A DNA stretch of 64,000 bases from Podarcis muralis (GCF_964188315.1 NC_135667.1:25854001-25918000), one strand, 5' to 3'; positions 47,690 through 60,351 are shown, numbered from the stretch's first letter. A program made the numbers and translations. Notes: a model not told the origin generated them from the letters alone.

Positions 47690-49058
47690 TATTTGTATGC
47701 CACTTTTCCACACAAAAAATTCATGCTCAAAATAGCTTACAACAAAGAAACCGGGATGCATTTCTAACACCACAAAAACAATTTCATCATAACAGAGCAA
47801 AACAATAACATAGTAACAATTTAATAACAACAATTTCAACTTCATATATTCTTGGATTCCATTTCCCATTTGCCCCAGCTAGCGTGGCCAATGATCAGGG
47901 ATAATGGGAGCTGAAGTCCTACAACTTCTTCAGAAAACATCCTTGCTTAATTCCAGCATGACTTCTTCTTCCTTAGGTCTTTGCCAACAATGAAGGTGCT
48001 CTGTAACTCAATAATAATTCTATCTGGTCAAAGAAAGGAGTGGTCATGGAAGAAGATCTGCCAAGTCCAAATCTATCAGTCTCATAATAGCAGGGCAGTA
48101 GCAGGGTGGAAGGGGGGCATTACTACTATTTTTTGTCATTACTACCACTGGAGCATCAAAGAAGTAGGGGAATATAATTGCTTTGGACCCACTTTGAGAG
48201 CTCTGTTAGAGAGTGGTTTGCCTTGTTTTCCCAAGCTTCAGATGTTTGCCCTGTATCTTATAATGGGGAAACAAACATTTATAACTTGGGGAGGGGAAGT
48301 GGATAAAGATTTGCAGACATAAATTTCTTCTAAAGAGGTGCAAGGATTTTAGAGTGAGAAAAAGGTGCACTTGATATACAGACCAATGTCACATAAGAAC
48401 ACAAAAAGTGTCCCACTTAGTCAGGCCAAAGGGCCAACATAGTAGAGTAGCCTGCTCTCACAGGGGCAACCAGACACCTATGGGAAGCATACAAGCAGAA
48501 TCTGAGAGCAATATTCTTCTCCCAACTTGTGATTTCCAGCTCCTGTTATGTACAGGTAGTACAAAGCTGATTAGGACAGTGATGGATATGGGCATGAAGC
48601 ATCAGAAATATATTTTTACTTGGGAAACTGGTTGGTGGGCTTGCCTTTGTGGCGCCCAGTGTCTTTGTTATGTGTATGCAAGTTCTCACTCTTCATTTAA
48701 GAGCCAACAAGCCCAGCACATCATTGTAGGCTGATCTTTAGAGCAATTTGCTAATATGAGAAGATTGGGGACTGAGGAGTCAGCAAAGATGAAGAGATCA
48801 GCTCTTCTCTACTCACCCACCCCAAATCTTATGCATACCCTTTAGCATAGTCAGGAATTTAGATTTGGCAGAGGATCCTAGCTGTGATTTACTGTGGCCC
48901 ATGAAACCAATTTCTATTTTTAATGTTCTAGACTTACTTATCCTTTCCCCCATCCACCTGATTTACTTCTTTCTTTGGCTTCATCTTTGCTCATTTACAG
49001 CTGAAACAGCCTGTCATAATAATGCTTCCTTGCAATATTTTTGCCTTTATTTTCAGTG

Positions 49059-49991
49059 ATGGAGAACCGGACAAATGTGAATAATTTTATCCTCATGGGT
49101 CTGACTAATGTCCCTGGGCGGAAAACCTTCTTCTTCATCATCTTCTTGTTTGTCTACTTTGTTATCATGGTAGGGAATGCCATCATTTTACTCATATCAC
49201 TGATTGAGCCACGCCTGCACATCCCCATGTATTTCTTTCTTGGGAACCTCTCTTGCCTTGACATATGCTACTCCACCGTCACTGTACCAAAGATGTTGAC
49301 AGGCTTCCTCTTTGGATACCAGAAAATCTCTTTTATTGGATGCATGACACAGCTTCATTTTTTCCACTTCCTGGGTAGCAGTGAGGCTTTACTGCTGGGT
49401 GTCATGGCCTATGACCGCTATGTAGCAATATGTAATCCACTGCGTTACACTGTCATCATGAACAAGAAGACTTGCCTTTTCTTGGCCATGGCTACCTGGA
49501 CCACTGGATTTCTCCATGCTCTCATGCACACCATAATGACATCTCGGGTCCATTTCTGTGGCCCCAACATAGTCCAGCACTTCTTCTGTGACATTAAACC
49601 CCTTTTGAGATTGGCGTGCTGTAGCACCATTCTTAACCTCCAGCTCCTCAACATAGTTACAGGCCTAATTGTTGTACTCCCTTTCCTCCTAACATTTCTT
49701 TCATACACCTACATCCTCTCCTTCCTCTTCTTAAAAGTAAAGTCTAAGGAAAGCAGAGCAAAAGCCTTCTCCACATGTGCCTCACATATCACAGTTGTGA
49801 CTCTTTTCTATGCAGGGGCGATCTTGACTTACGTTCCCCCCTCCTCAGGAGAATCCCTAAAGCAAGAAATCATGGTCACTCTCATGTACACTGTTGTCAC
49901 TCCAGTTCTGAATCCTCTGATTTACACTCTAAGGAATCAAGAAGTGAAAACTGCTATTAAGAAATTAATAAATCAAAAGTGCAGACCTTAA
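49059..49991 (+). CDS. Intact olfactory receptor, OR12D-like, 310 aa
   Basis: Start at MENRTNV after the ttttcag acceptor. QLHFFHFLGSSE, MAYDRYVAIC, KAFSTCASH, NPLIYTLRN. Confidence 0.94.
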   Translation: MENRTNVNNFILMGLTNVPGRKTFFFIIFLFVYFVIMVGNAIILLISLIEPRLHIPMYFFLGNLSCLDICYSTVTVPKMLTGFLFGYQKISFIGCMTQLHFFHFLGSSEALLLGVMAYDRYVAICNPLRYTVIMNKKTCLFLAMATWTTGFLHALMHTIMTSRVHFCGPNIVQHFFCDIKPLLRLACCSTILNLQLLNIVTGLIVVLPFLLTFLSYTYILSFLFLKVKSKESRAKAFSTCASHITVVTLFYAGAILTYVPPSSGESLKQEIMVTLMYTVVTPVLNPLIYTLRNQEVKTAIKKLINQKCRP

Positions 49992-51597
49992 ATATGGACT
50001 TAATAGTTTGTTATTGCCCTTGTTTCAGAGAATTGATATTGGCCATGGGAGGTCATAAGATGCAGCTAAGCACACAGACTGTCAAAAGATCCTCATAACC
50101 ACTTTTAGGCTTTCCTGTGTTGAACTAAGGGAGGGGGCAGCTATAGCTGGATTCTTTATTGGTGGGTGGGATATTTCCATGCAATGGGCATGAATTTTGT
50201 AAATCTTTTTATCAGATCAAATCCACAAGTCTTTTATATTGTGTCTTTCCAAGCTACAGTAAGTAACAATCTGTTGGATAGATCTGGTCTCTGAAACTGG
50301 TTCAACCTCACAAAAGGTCTACAATAGGGATATAGAACAATCCAGATACTGTTGGACTGTACCTCCAGTAATCCCAGACATCATTGCCAATAACCAAAGA
50401 ATAAGAGAGTTGTGGTCTAAGAACAAATGGAGAGCTAATGCTTCCCATCCTTGGTCTACAGACTTTCATAATGAATCGTTATGGTGATTCCCCTTTCCTG
50501 TAAACACCTAAAAATGTGTGTAACACACAGATAAAGCCAACATGCCTTTAAAACATGCATACCATGTGAGTATGCCTGTATGGCTTGTCTGTAGATCATA
50601 GGCAAGTGTATACTCTATGGCCAAACTCTCTGCTGCAATGTAATACAGGTAAGATCTCTGGGGTAGATCTTGATTGGTGGAAGGCATGGTCCTTATTCAA
50701 TGTTGAAAACAAAAAGTATTTCATTGTGGGATAACGGGAACTGATATGCCTCTGTAATTTCATCAAAAAGAAGTGGGGGGAAGGAATGTGACTGTACTTG
50801 CATTGCCAGAAGTATGTGTAAATGGTTAGTTTTTGGCAAACAGCAATCTGTGTTGCTGAAGAGATATCATACTGGCAGGTGCAAAATTCATTGTACTGGC
50901 AGTAAGGGCCAAAATGGTCTCACTACTCTATTTTCAGTTTATCAAAAGAAGCATGAGTATACATAGATCATATCCAATTCAGATGTGATGCAGCAGGTGG
51001 AATTCTACCCTGGCAACTGAGATGACATTTGAGAATAAAACCAAGAAGCTAGGAGCTGATCCAAAGCCCAGATCTGATAGAAAGAGGGTATCATTGTAAG
51101 CAGGTATAAACAAATAAAAGCAACATTCAGCTGAAAAAGCAATCTCTTGGGGAAATGAGGGGCTCCTGTGACACCTTGGTTATAGAACATAGTTTGTCTA
51201 GGCTAAGATGAGCAAATCTGTCAATTACATTTTCCCTCAGTTTCTCATTTTTCCAACTTATTTTCACTTTTCCGCTTTTCCACATCAGTTTGCATTATTT
51301 AAAGTCCTTGTGAAAATTCTCCAATTTCAGTGTGAATTTCTCCTGATTGCCACATGTTTGTATGGGATTTCTCCTGATATATCATTTCCCCCTACTATAA
51401 TAGAATTTTGTGTGCTACTTCCACAAATATGTCACTTTTGTGCACACTTTATGCTGGTGTATGAATTTTTGTACATATTACTTGGGTGACATTGCAAAAT
51501 TCAAAGAAGTTACAATTTTTAAGCATGGCTGTGTTTTGTTTTGCTGATTGCTTCACAAAGTATGAATTAATTTGCTTTTTAATGAGAAATTACCCAC

Positions 51598-52671
51598 AAA
51601 TGGGTCTGAACTGTTGGAAAGGAGGCAATGGTGTGGTGTTCCACACCCAATTTGTATAACTCAAGCAAGAAAGAAGGTGAACTGTGCAGTGAAATGCAAA
51701 GTCGAGTTATTGGGTGGATTCTTGATTTGGCACCCCAATATCACCTTTGATAAAGAGGTGTCAGGGACTGGACTGAGGGGGATGAGACTGAGGAGGAATG
51801 GTGGAGACTGCCCCCCCCCCCTTCTCCTGAAGCAGTGGTTTGAGGAAGGTCACAGCTCAGAGACACGTGAACAGAAGAGTTGGGAGGTTTTGGGAGAAGA
51901 GAAGGGTGAGACAGAGACACATTATCACAGAACAGCATTTCTGACCCCCCTTCCTTCTCCCAGAACCTGGCATGCATTGAAAGTGGAAGAGCAAAGGACT
52001 CAGAGACAATTAGACCCTGGCGACCACTGTAAGGTGAAGTGCTGTTGCTAGGAAGGGAGGGGACAGGAGCTCAGTTGGAGCAACACCATTAACCTAAGTG
52101 GTAGTGTACAGAGGCCTCTTGCCATGAATATTGAATAAAGACTCAGTAAGAGCTTCCTTGTCTACTTCCTTGGCTGTCTACTGTGAGACGGGAAAGGATC
52201 AGAATTCACTGAAACCTGACAAGAGGCCGCATTTAGACATAATGGTAGTTGGCTCAGATGGACAGTTTAGGTTGGCCCTACTCTTGTTTTAGGGGGGTTG
52301 TAAGCTTCTGCCTGACACTCCAAAGGAAATGGGTATCCCATTAAAGGGATCTGGGAGGAGGTGCTACTCTTCAGACACCTAGGCATGGGCTAGGGCCATA
52401 GCACTCCTTAAGACAGTTCTCCTGTGGGGATGACCCATTTGGATGTACTGTATGCTACAGGTCCTCCTCGTCTCAGGAGCAACCCCTTTTGGAAATACTT
52501 CCAGCAGCTGGGCTGGGTGTTAATGGTTATACCCAGTGTGTTTGCCAAACCTATTACATCTGTAAATAATAAAAGTTGTGGCCTTATTTGACCCCCAAAA
52601 TTATTATTGTGTATTGATTGGTTCTTTTCCTAAATCAGGGGACATTAGGGTAGTGGTGGTGCCTGGGCACA
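51598..52671 (+). mobile_element. Degenerate Ngaro-like 3' relic (SGNH C-terminal half plus right end)
   Basis: LLERRQWCGVPHPICITQARKKVNCAVKCKVELLGGFLIWHPNITF aligns with ORF4 LLERRTW...KARK...[13 protein letters not shown]. It resumes after the LTR as EAAFRHNG (~EALYRRDG). aataaaagttgtggcc near 52568. Confidence 0.75.
51759..52221 (+). mobile_element. Gypsy-type solo LTR, 463 bp, with 5-bp TSD
   Basis: tgtcagg...cctgaca perfect 7-bp inverted ends; agagg at 51754-51758 and 52222-52226; AATAAA near 52134. Confidence 0.88.
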
Positions 52672-53687
52672 TGAGAAAATCTGTACGCAGCTTCCAAGGT
52701 GCAAATACAATTACATTATGATGGATTCTGTACTCAAGAATGTGGGCCTTATAAAATAATATTCTAAAAATAAAATTGGTCATTAAAAACAGCTTGGCAG
52801 AATTTACTGATTCTACAAATTGTGTTCTCAAAAACACAATTTATATTCTCAAAGGCACACAGTGTTTATTTTCTCAAAACCAAGAGATTTATAGACTCTA
52901 TTCCCACATGAAGAGGTACTAAATTAATGAATGTAGCTGATTTCCCCAATGACAGCCAACAATCTTTAACAAGCTGGGCACATGTTGCATACTAAGTCTT
53001 AGGCTTACACATTCACGTGGGGTCACACAGCAATCAGAGTGTATTTCTTTTGTCTCCTTTAAATACTTCCTTCATACCACTTAGCATCAGTTTCATGTTC
53101 AATCATCTAAGGGGAAAGCGAACTCATCAAGGTAGGCACCGTCTGCAGCTTGAAAGAACACACTATATAGCTGGATGTTAATATAGCAATTTATGTTCAT
53201 CCAAAAGAACACAATAGAAAAATGAAATGCTCATGATGATAAAGTAAAGCAAAGGGTTGAAACCGGTGCTAGTGCTAGTAAGATAAGACCATTTGAAGTT
53301 AATGAACATAACTTGGGTTCAGTAATTTAAATGGGTGTTTCCTGCAACTCGAATAACTGAATTGGCAAACATTAATCTTGACCAATGCTATCTGTAACTA
53401 TTCTTTGTCCAAATGTGGATTTCAGATGATCCTGAAAGAGTCATACTGGAAGGAGAACACAGGTACAATTTTGCTGTAGTTATTTATGTAATGATATGCT
53501 AAAATGTGAGTGTCTATTTCTGGGGGTAGGAGGGAATGGCTCTGCGACTGGGATGGCGATAAAGTTGTCCCTGATTTGACCAAAAATACTGTTTTTTGAC
53601 TGTTATTCATCAGACAGGTTTGAGGGTTGTGCGACACCTGGGCACGCAAGTAATGATTATGGTTGAAGGAAAACTAAAATCATTTCC

Positions 53688-53728
<41 letters not shown>

Positions 53729-54458
53729 TCTTTATTGTCATTACCCCCTCTCGGGGACAACGAAATTACTTGACTGCTCCATAAAAACACTAATTAAAAC
53801 AATACAGTATAGTACAGCAAGGAAGATTAGATGACTTTCAAAGTCCAGGCTTCCCATTCAGGGCCGAGATCGCTCTGGAGAAGAAGCTGTTCTTAAGACA
53901 GCTCGTTCTTGTCTTCATCGTCCTGTATCTCCGTCCCGACGGCAGGAGCTCGAAGAGACAGTGACCAGGATGCGATGGATCTTTTACTATGTCCAGTGCC
54001 TTCCTATGGCACCTTGTGGCATAAATCTGCTCTAAGGTGGAGAGTGGGCAGCCAACAATGCTCTCTGCTGCTTTAACAACTCTGCACAACCCCATCCTGT
54101 CCTGGGTAGTACAGCTTCCGTACCACACACATAAGCCATAAGTGAGCACGCTCTCAATGGCACAGTGATAGAAGGCAAGCAGCAGTTTCTGCGGAAGATG
54201 GTTTTTCCTTAGAATTCTCAAAAAGTACAGTCTCTGCTGCGCCTTCTTCACAAGCCCCCTTGTGTTGACACTCCAGGACAGATCCTCTTGTAATTCAATG
54301 CCCAAAAATCTGAACGTTGTTACCCTCTCCACACAGACCCCATCAATCAAAAGTGGCTGGACATTGCTCTTCTGTCTCCTGAAGTCCACCACAAGCTCCT
54401 TTGTCTTCCTTGTATTTATGGGCAAGTTGTTAGCTCTGCACCACTCTGTCAGCCGCAT
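53688..54458 (-). mobile_element. 5'-truncated Rex1/Babar-clade LINE with (TTA)n tail
   Basis: Uninterrupted RT C-terminus KTKELVVDFRR, FRFLGI, QRLYFLR, AIESVLTY, DPSHPGHCLFELLPSGRRYR; short 3' UTR. Confidence 0.82.
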
Positions 54459-54536
54459 ACAACCCACATAAAGAATGTAAGTGGGTTTAGAATTAGACTG
54501 GGTTTTATCTGCTTATGTTTGTAGAGATTTCAGATA

Positions 54537-54786
54537 CAGTCATACCTCGAGTTGCATTTGTTTCACATTGCGTTTTTCCAGGTTATGAATGCAGCAAACC
54601 CGGAAGTGTTTACTTCTGGGTTTGCCGCTTCACGCATGCGCAGGAGCGATCTGTGTGCTTCGTGCATGGTGCAGAAGCACTCTATCGCGTCACACGCACA
54701 AGCAGAAGTGGTGTTCTACTTACGGAATTTTCAGGGTGAGAACGGCACCCCGGAAGGGATCACATTCATAAGTAGAGGTACCACTG
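54537..54786. mobile_element. Tigger/pogo-type MITE, 250 bp
   Basis: cagtcatacctc ... gaggtaccactg ends with TA flanks; about 60 bp upstream of the OR ATG. Confidence 0.8.
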
Positions 54787-54847
54787 TATAGGTAAATGAC
54801 TTGAATGGTACTCACCTACCTTTCTTTCTCCCTGCTGTCTTTTAGAA

Positions 54848-55786
54848 ATGAAGAACCAAACAGAGGTGAGAGAATTCATCTTGACGGGCCTGACCAATCT
54901 CTGGCAGCTTCAGTGTACACTCTTTGTCACCTTCCTGATGTTGTATTTGGCCAGCCTACTGGGGAATGCAGCTATTGTGCTTGTTGCAATAGTTGAACCA
55001 AAGCTGCACACTCCCATGTACTTTTTTCTTGGAAACCTTTCCTGCCTTGACATCTTCTTTACCACAACCACAGTTCCAAAGATGCTAGCTGGTTTTCTGT
55101 TGCCAGTCCAAACCATTTCCTTTGGTGGCTGCATGGCCCAGCTCCACTTTTTCCATTTCTTGGGCAGCAGTGAAGCCATTCTTCTTGGCGTAATGGCATT
55201 TGATCGCTATGTAGCAATATGCAACCCTTTGCGTTACTCCATCATCATGCGCAAGCAGGTCTGCCAAATCTTGGCAGCAGCCACATGGTCCACTGCCTTT
55301 TTTCATGCCCTGATGCATGCAGTGGCAACTGCCCGTTTGCCCTTCTGTGGGCCAAACCACATTGAACACTTTTTTTGTGAAATCAAGCCATTGCTGAAAT
55401 TGGCCTGTGGTAGTACTCACCTGAACCTCTTACTTCTTAATATTGTAACCAGTTGCATTGTCATGGGACCTTTCATTGCCACACTCCTCTCCTACTTCTA
55501 CATTATCATTTTTCTTCTCTTCAAAGTACAATCCCAAACTGGTCGGCAGAAAGCTTTCTCCACCTGTGGATCCCATCTGATGGTGGTTGGATTGATGTAC
55601 GTGCCAGTGTTGTTTAACTACATGCTTCCTTCTGTGGGTAATGCTTCTCAAAGGGATATGATGGTGACCCTCATATACAGTGCTGTTACACCAGTTTTGA
55701 ACCCACTTATCTATACACTGAGGAACCAGGAAGTCAAAACTGCCTTGTTGAAGATTCTGGGAAGAAAGTTTTTGACATTTCACTGA
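54848..55786 (+). CDS. Intact olfactory receptor, OR12D-like, 312 aa
   Basis: LHTPMYFFL, MAFDRYVAIC, HFFCEIKPLL, KAFSTCGSHL, NPLIYTLRN. AG at 54844-54845. Confidence 0.95.
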   Translation: MKNQTEVREFILTGLTNLWQLQCTLFVTFLMLYLASLLGNAAIVLVAIVEPKLHTPMYFFLGNLSCLDIFFTTTTVPKMLAGFLLPVQTISFGGCMAQLHFFHFLGSSEAILLGVMAFDRYVAICNPLRYSIIMRKQVCQILAAATWSTAFFHALMHAVATARLPFCGPNHIEHFFCEIKPLLKLACGSTHLNLLLLNIVTSCIVMGPFIATLLSYFYIIIFLLFKVQSQTGRQKAFSTCGSHLMVVGLMYVPVLFNYMLPSVGNASQRDMMVTLIYSAVTPVLNPLIYTLRNQEVKTALLKILGRKFLTFH

Positions 55787-55969
55787 AAGGAAATGATCAA
55801 AAGAGGCTTCTTCATTGATCGTACTCTATGAAATGTGACCACCAGAGGAATAACTCAAACTGCTGCAGTATTGCAAGAGAAAGAAAATTGGGTTTTACTT
55901 TGTGGGACATCATTGCAGGTCTCTGATATCAGATATAATATTTTGTTTAAATTCATAAGTCCAACTCAA

Positions 55970-56785
55970 AGTGCTGGTTTTGATCTATAAAGCCTTAAAC
56001 AGCTCAGAACTGCAATACCTTGAGAACTGCCTCTTCCCATATGAACTGCCACAAACCAGGCAATCTTCATCTGAAGCCCTTCTTCATGTGACTCCTTCAT
56101 GAGGCCTTGTCCCTGCGATCACCATCTGAGGCCTTTCTTTGTGGGCCTTCCCCGTGAGAGGTCTGAAGGATACTGTTATGCAGTGGCTTCTCATTTGTGG
56201 AATGCTCTGCTCAAGGAGGTTTGGCTAGGAGGTTTGGCTAGTGGCTATACACCTCTCCAACCATGCTTTTGACCAATTAACATCAGATACCCTTTTAAAT
56301 GTGTTGAGGGAGTAGGTGGGCGGAGAGAGGGTTTATTGGTTTGTTTTGGTTCTTGTTTTTATTATATTTTTGTGGTTCTTTGGTGTATTTTTATGTTGAG
56401 AATCACCCTGAGATCTACAAATGCAGACCCTCCAAGTGTCCCTAATTTCCAGGGACATCCCTGATTTAGAGAAGCCATCCTGGTTTCTGATATGATCCCA
56501 GAATCTCCCACTTTTCCTTAAGGCGTCCCTATTTTCATTGGAGAAATATTGGAGGGTATCCGACCCCTGAGCCACGTGAAGGCAATCTGTATAGGAAAGG
56601 TGTTTTTCTAATGTTTTATTATGATTTTATGTATGTTGGGAGCTGCCCAGAGGCAACCCAGTAAGATGTGTGGGGTATAAATAGTAAAATTATCGTTATG
56701 GAATGGGATGTCCCTATTTTCACTGGAGAAATGTTGGAGGGTATGCAAATGAAGGGTGGTATAAAATTTAATAAATAAATACAAA
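55970..56785 (+). mobile_element. Old L2 3' fragment interrupted by a MITE
   Basis: aaagtgctggtttgatctataaagcc (FKVLV..YKAL) ... ccctgagatctac, then after the MITE aaatgaagggtggtataaaatttaataaata. Confidence 0.6.
56424..56745. mobile_element. Composite TIR element (hAT-like MITE)
   Basis: cagaccctccaa ... ttggagggtatg ends; caaatg on both flanks; right end present twice (56526-56560, 56710-56745). Confidence 0.6.
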
Positions 56786-57984
56786 TAAACAAACTGAGGA
56801 TCTTTGTCTGAACCTTACATCACTTTTAAGAGCCTAACAGAACAATCATAGTATTTAACAAAAGCATGTCCCCAAAAATAGTCTTGATAACATTATAAAC
56901 ACATCTCCAGTTTAACTCAACACAAGTCCACTATAACTTAATAACTCCACCACAACTTATTTGGTGGTTTTCAATCAAGTATTGAAGTTTTATACTGAGC
57001 TCACCAAAATTATGTGGATGGGAAGACAAAAAGGAAATGAAAGTTGGGGTGAAATCTCCCTATTTGCAAAAGTGTTATGAGACATGATAAAATCAACCAA
57101 TATGATATATTCCTTTAGTTGTCAACAATACCCATTTGCTGCCTACAAAGAACAAACTGATGAGCCTTTCCCAAACTAATAAATAGATACAGATCTGATA
57201 TATAAAAAAGGCAACATGAAGAAACCAATGGGTAAAAAAGCTGAAGGATTCACTGTTACTGGCCTGAGAAGAACTACAAAAGAATTTCAAAGATGGACTC
57301 CAGCATGAAATTTCATAGCTGGAATTCATCAGCAAGTTTGCTTAAACAAGCTCAATATTTTCTCTCCCACTCTAGACAATATCATATAAAACAAACAATT
57401 AACATACCATCTCAAAAGACCTTATTAATCATTTATATTTTCAAAAACAAAGGAATTCTCATATGACATGACAAATCTCCAAAGGTCTTGGTTTTTTCTC
57501 TTAAAGGGAGGTTGGTTTTTCTTTTCCAAAGGAGGGTAGATGTGATAAAATGAGCACTCTCAAAAGTATACAAAGAAGCTATATCTCTCCTCAGCTTTAA
57601 TATGAGTGTGGGCAAACTGATGATAACATCTCACTCTGGTTCTGTGGATTTTAATCTATTTACAAGTTGAATATCTAGACTGAAAGAAGTATATAGTTTG
57701 CTAAGGTAAGAGCTGCAGCAGCAAGCAACTTTTTAAAAAAGATAACAAAAATGCATTCAGTATGTGGATCCCTTAACTACAGGGTTGCCATATTTCAAAA
57801 AGTTGAGCTGTTTTTAAACAAACTCCAAGATTATTGAGCTTCCCCCCCCCTTTTTTTTTACAAAAACGCAAAAAACTCAAAATTTTCAGTCAACTTGTCT
57901 AAGATCCAATATAAAGAGCCTGTTGGAAATGACCCCAGGACGTCAATTCCACCTTTGAAATCCCGGTAATGAAATCCCAGACAT

Positions 57985-58315
57985 AAGGTAAAGGTAAAGG
58001 GACCCCAGACCATTAGGTCCAGTCGCGGACGACTCATCTCACTTTATTGGCCGAGGGAGCCAGCGTACAGCTTCCGGGTCATGTGGTCAGCATGACTAAG
58101 CCACTTCTGGCAAACCAGAGCAGCACACGGAAATGCCGTTTACCTTCCTGCCGGTGTGGTACCTATTTATCTACTTTGTGCCTTCAAACTGCTAGGTTGG
58201 CAGGAGCAGGGACCGAGCAACGGGAGCTCACCCCGTCGTGGGGATTCGAACCGCCGACCTTCTGATTGGCAAGCCCTAGGCTCTGTGGTTTAACCCACAG
58301 CACCACCCACATCCC
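57985..58315 (-). mobile_element. Sauria SINE with small internal deletion
   Basis: Colinear with 11994-12357; ACCTTT tail. It follows an hAT-like left end (agggttgccatatttc at 57781). Confidence 0.9.
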
Positions 58316-58848
58316 ATCTACTTAGCAAATTTCAGATACTTTCATACCTTATTCTCCCTTATGGGTTGCATCACAGAAATAAAGGAATAAATGAGTTAAA
58401 AATTAGGAGTACAGTTCACACAGTGGAAAAAGTGGAATAGATGTGGGAGAAAAGCATGATTTTTACAGTCTGCGCATGTAAAGGATGTCTCATTTTCTGT
58501 CTCGTAGTAATACTGTTGTGCTAGTCTTCAATATTAACAATTACTTCAGCAATTAACAATTGATCTTCAGCAATTAACAGTTTTAAACACTTGTCTCTAT
58601 GCCAAGTAAAAATCTTTATCTGATTAAATGTTGCCTAATAACTAGTGGGTAATCAGTTGGAGATGCAACTTGATGGAGCTGCACCAATATAGAATGAGTA
58701 TACATAGCTATGGGCAGATCCGCACTATACATCTAAAGCACATGCGGTGCACATTTAAAGCACATGACTTCTCCCAAAGAACCCTGGGAAGTATAAGTTC
58801 TTAGAAGTGCTAGAAATGGTAGCACTGAGATGGGGGGGGTATAGTTTA

Positions 58849-59595
58849 TGGTTGCCAGAAGTCCCTGTTTCCCGGGGACAGTCCCCGGATTTACAAATCT
58901 GTCCACAGACAAAATCCGCCCCTGGAATGTCCCCGGATTTCATTTAATGTCCCCAGAATTATATTTTAGGTGTTGTAGATTTATTAGCAGGGAATGAATG
59001 TTGTGTGATTGGTTCAACGGCACAAGACACATCATATGGGGACCTCCGGCAAGGCAAAATGGCGGGCACCACGGCAGCGAGCAGCTCCTGAAGCCAGCCA
59101 GAGGCAACTGTGCTACCAGGTTGGCTCCAGGCTGCTGAGACTGCCACTGCCGCAGCCACTGCCAAGAGGGAACCGGAGACACCTGCCGCGTCAACTGGAG
59201 GAACCGCTGACACCTCCAACCCAAATTGAGCCGGGAGCGAGAGCACCTGGTCACCCGGCCGACTGCCCAGTGCTGCTCTGGGGCAAGGAAAACCCCAGAG
59301 CTGATGCAAAGAGAAGGAGGAGAGGAGAAGGAGAAGGAAGGGAGATAAAGAGGAAGGAGAAAAAAGAGGTGAGCCCCGACCTTGCTGCGCCGCCGCCGCC
59401 GCTGCTGCTGCTGCTGCTGCGGAGAAGAAGTAGGAGAGCACTGGGAGGGCAAGGACACATGGCCAAGCCCAGGCCCGAGCCAAGCCTACTCCACAGTGGC
59501 TAGCACTCCAAGGGAGCAGGTTGGGGCCCAGAGGAAGGCCATGCGACAGAGGAGACCACAGAAGAGAATATATTACTTCTTTAAAATAATAATAC
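58849..59595. other. hAT-like left end followed by CpG-rich low-complexity sequence, cut by the Gypsy insertion
   Basis: atggttgccagaagtccc with repeated tccccgga subterminal motifs; (GCC)n(GCT)n at about 59387-59420. No protein motif recognised. Confidence 0.4.
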
Positions 59596-60351
59596 TGTCA
59601 GAGTTGCTTCAAGATCCTAGCTCACAGAGGATCACGCTAGCCAACGGTCATTAAGTAAAAGTCTTTATTGAGTTACAGTTTCCATTCTCAAGCTGCTGCG
59701 TGCAACTCTACGTCTAGTAGCTAGATCGGCGAAGCTCCGTCTGAATCTCCGCCCCTTGTACACCAACTTAATATCCTAGCCCTGCTCCACCTTTTCCGCC
59801 TGACTGTTCTTCTCTGGGTCCCTCTGCCCCCCTGGGTCTCTTCCTTCCGGGATTCTTCTGACGCTGACCCCCCGGACCCTCCTGTCTCCTTGCGCCGGGC
59901 TTTAGGACCTGGCTCTCTTTCCGGGCTGCCTACTGCGCCGCCTTCCTGTGCATTTGAACTTGGCGCGCACGCCCAACCTTCCACCTTCCGTCTAACCGTC
60001 TCTTCGCTCCCAGATGGAGGTGTGGCCACCCCTGACTCGTGCCCTCCCTCCTGTTGTGAGCTGCCAGCGCTTGCCCCCTGGCTCCCTTCCTCTTCCCTGT
60101 TCTCTGGCGGTGACGCTGGTCCCGATCTCCAACTGCTCTCCTCTGAGTCCCCTCTGGCTCTATCTTCCTGGGGTGCCCCCCTAAACTCCCCCCTTGCCTT
60201 GGCCACTGGTGCTCCTTTCTGTGAATCCTCCGATTCACTGGAAAGACTCGGAGATCTCGGGTCGTCGTCATCACTCATCTTTTCTTCTGCCTCCTCCCCT
60301 TCGCTCTCTGTTTCCTCCCTTGCCCTTGCCTCTGCTCCTGAACCCCTGACA
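59596..60351 (-). repeat. 3' LTR, 756 bp
   Basis: Minus strand tgtcagggg...ctctgaca, directly after PPT gagggggggatgga; AATAAA near 59665 (-). Confidence 0.9.

Noticed and set aside
16329-55786. Simple [V2R-OR-OR] x2 segmental duplication
   Set aside because: The ORs at 19486 and 23680 resemble each other more than either resembles 49059, and the flanks show no long colinear match.
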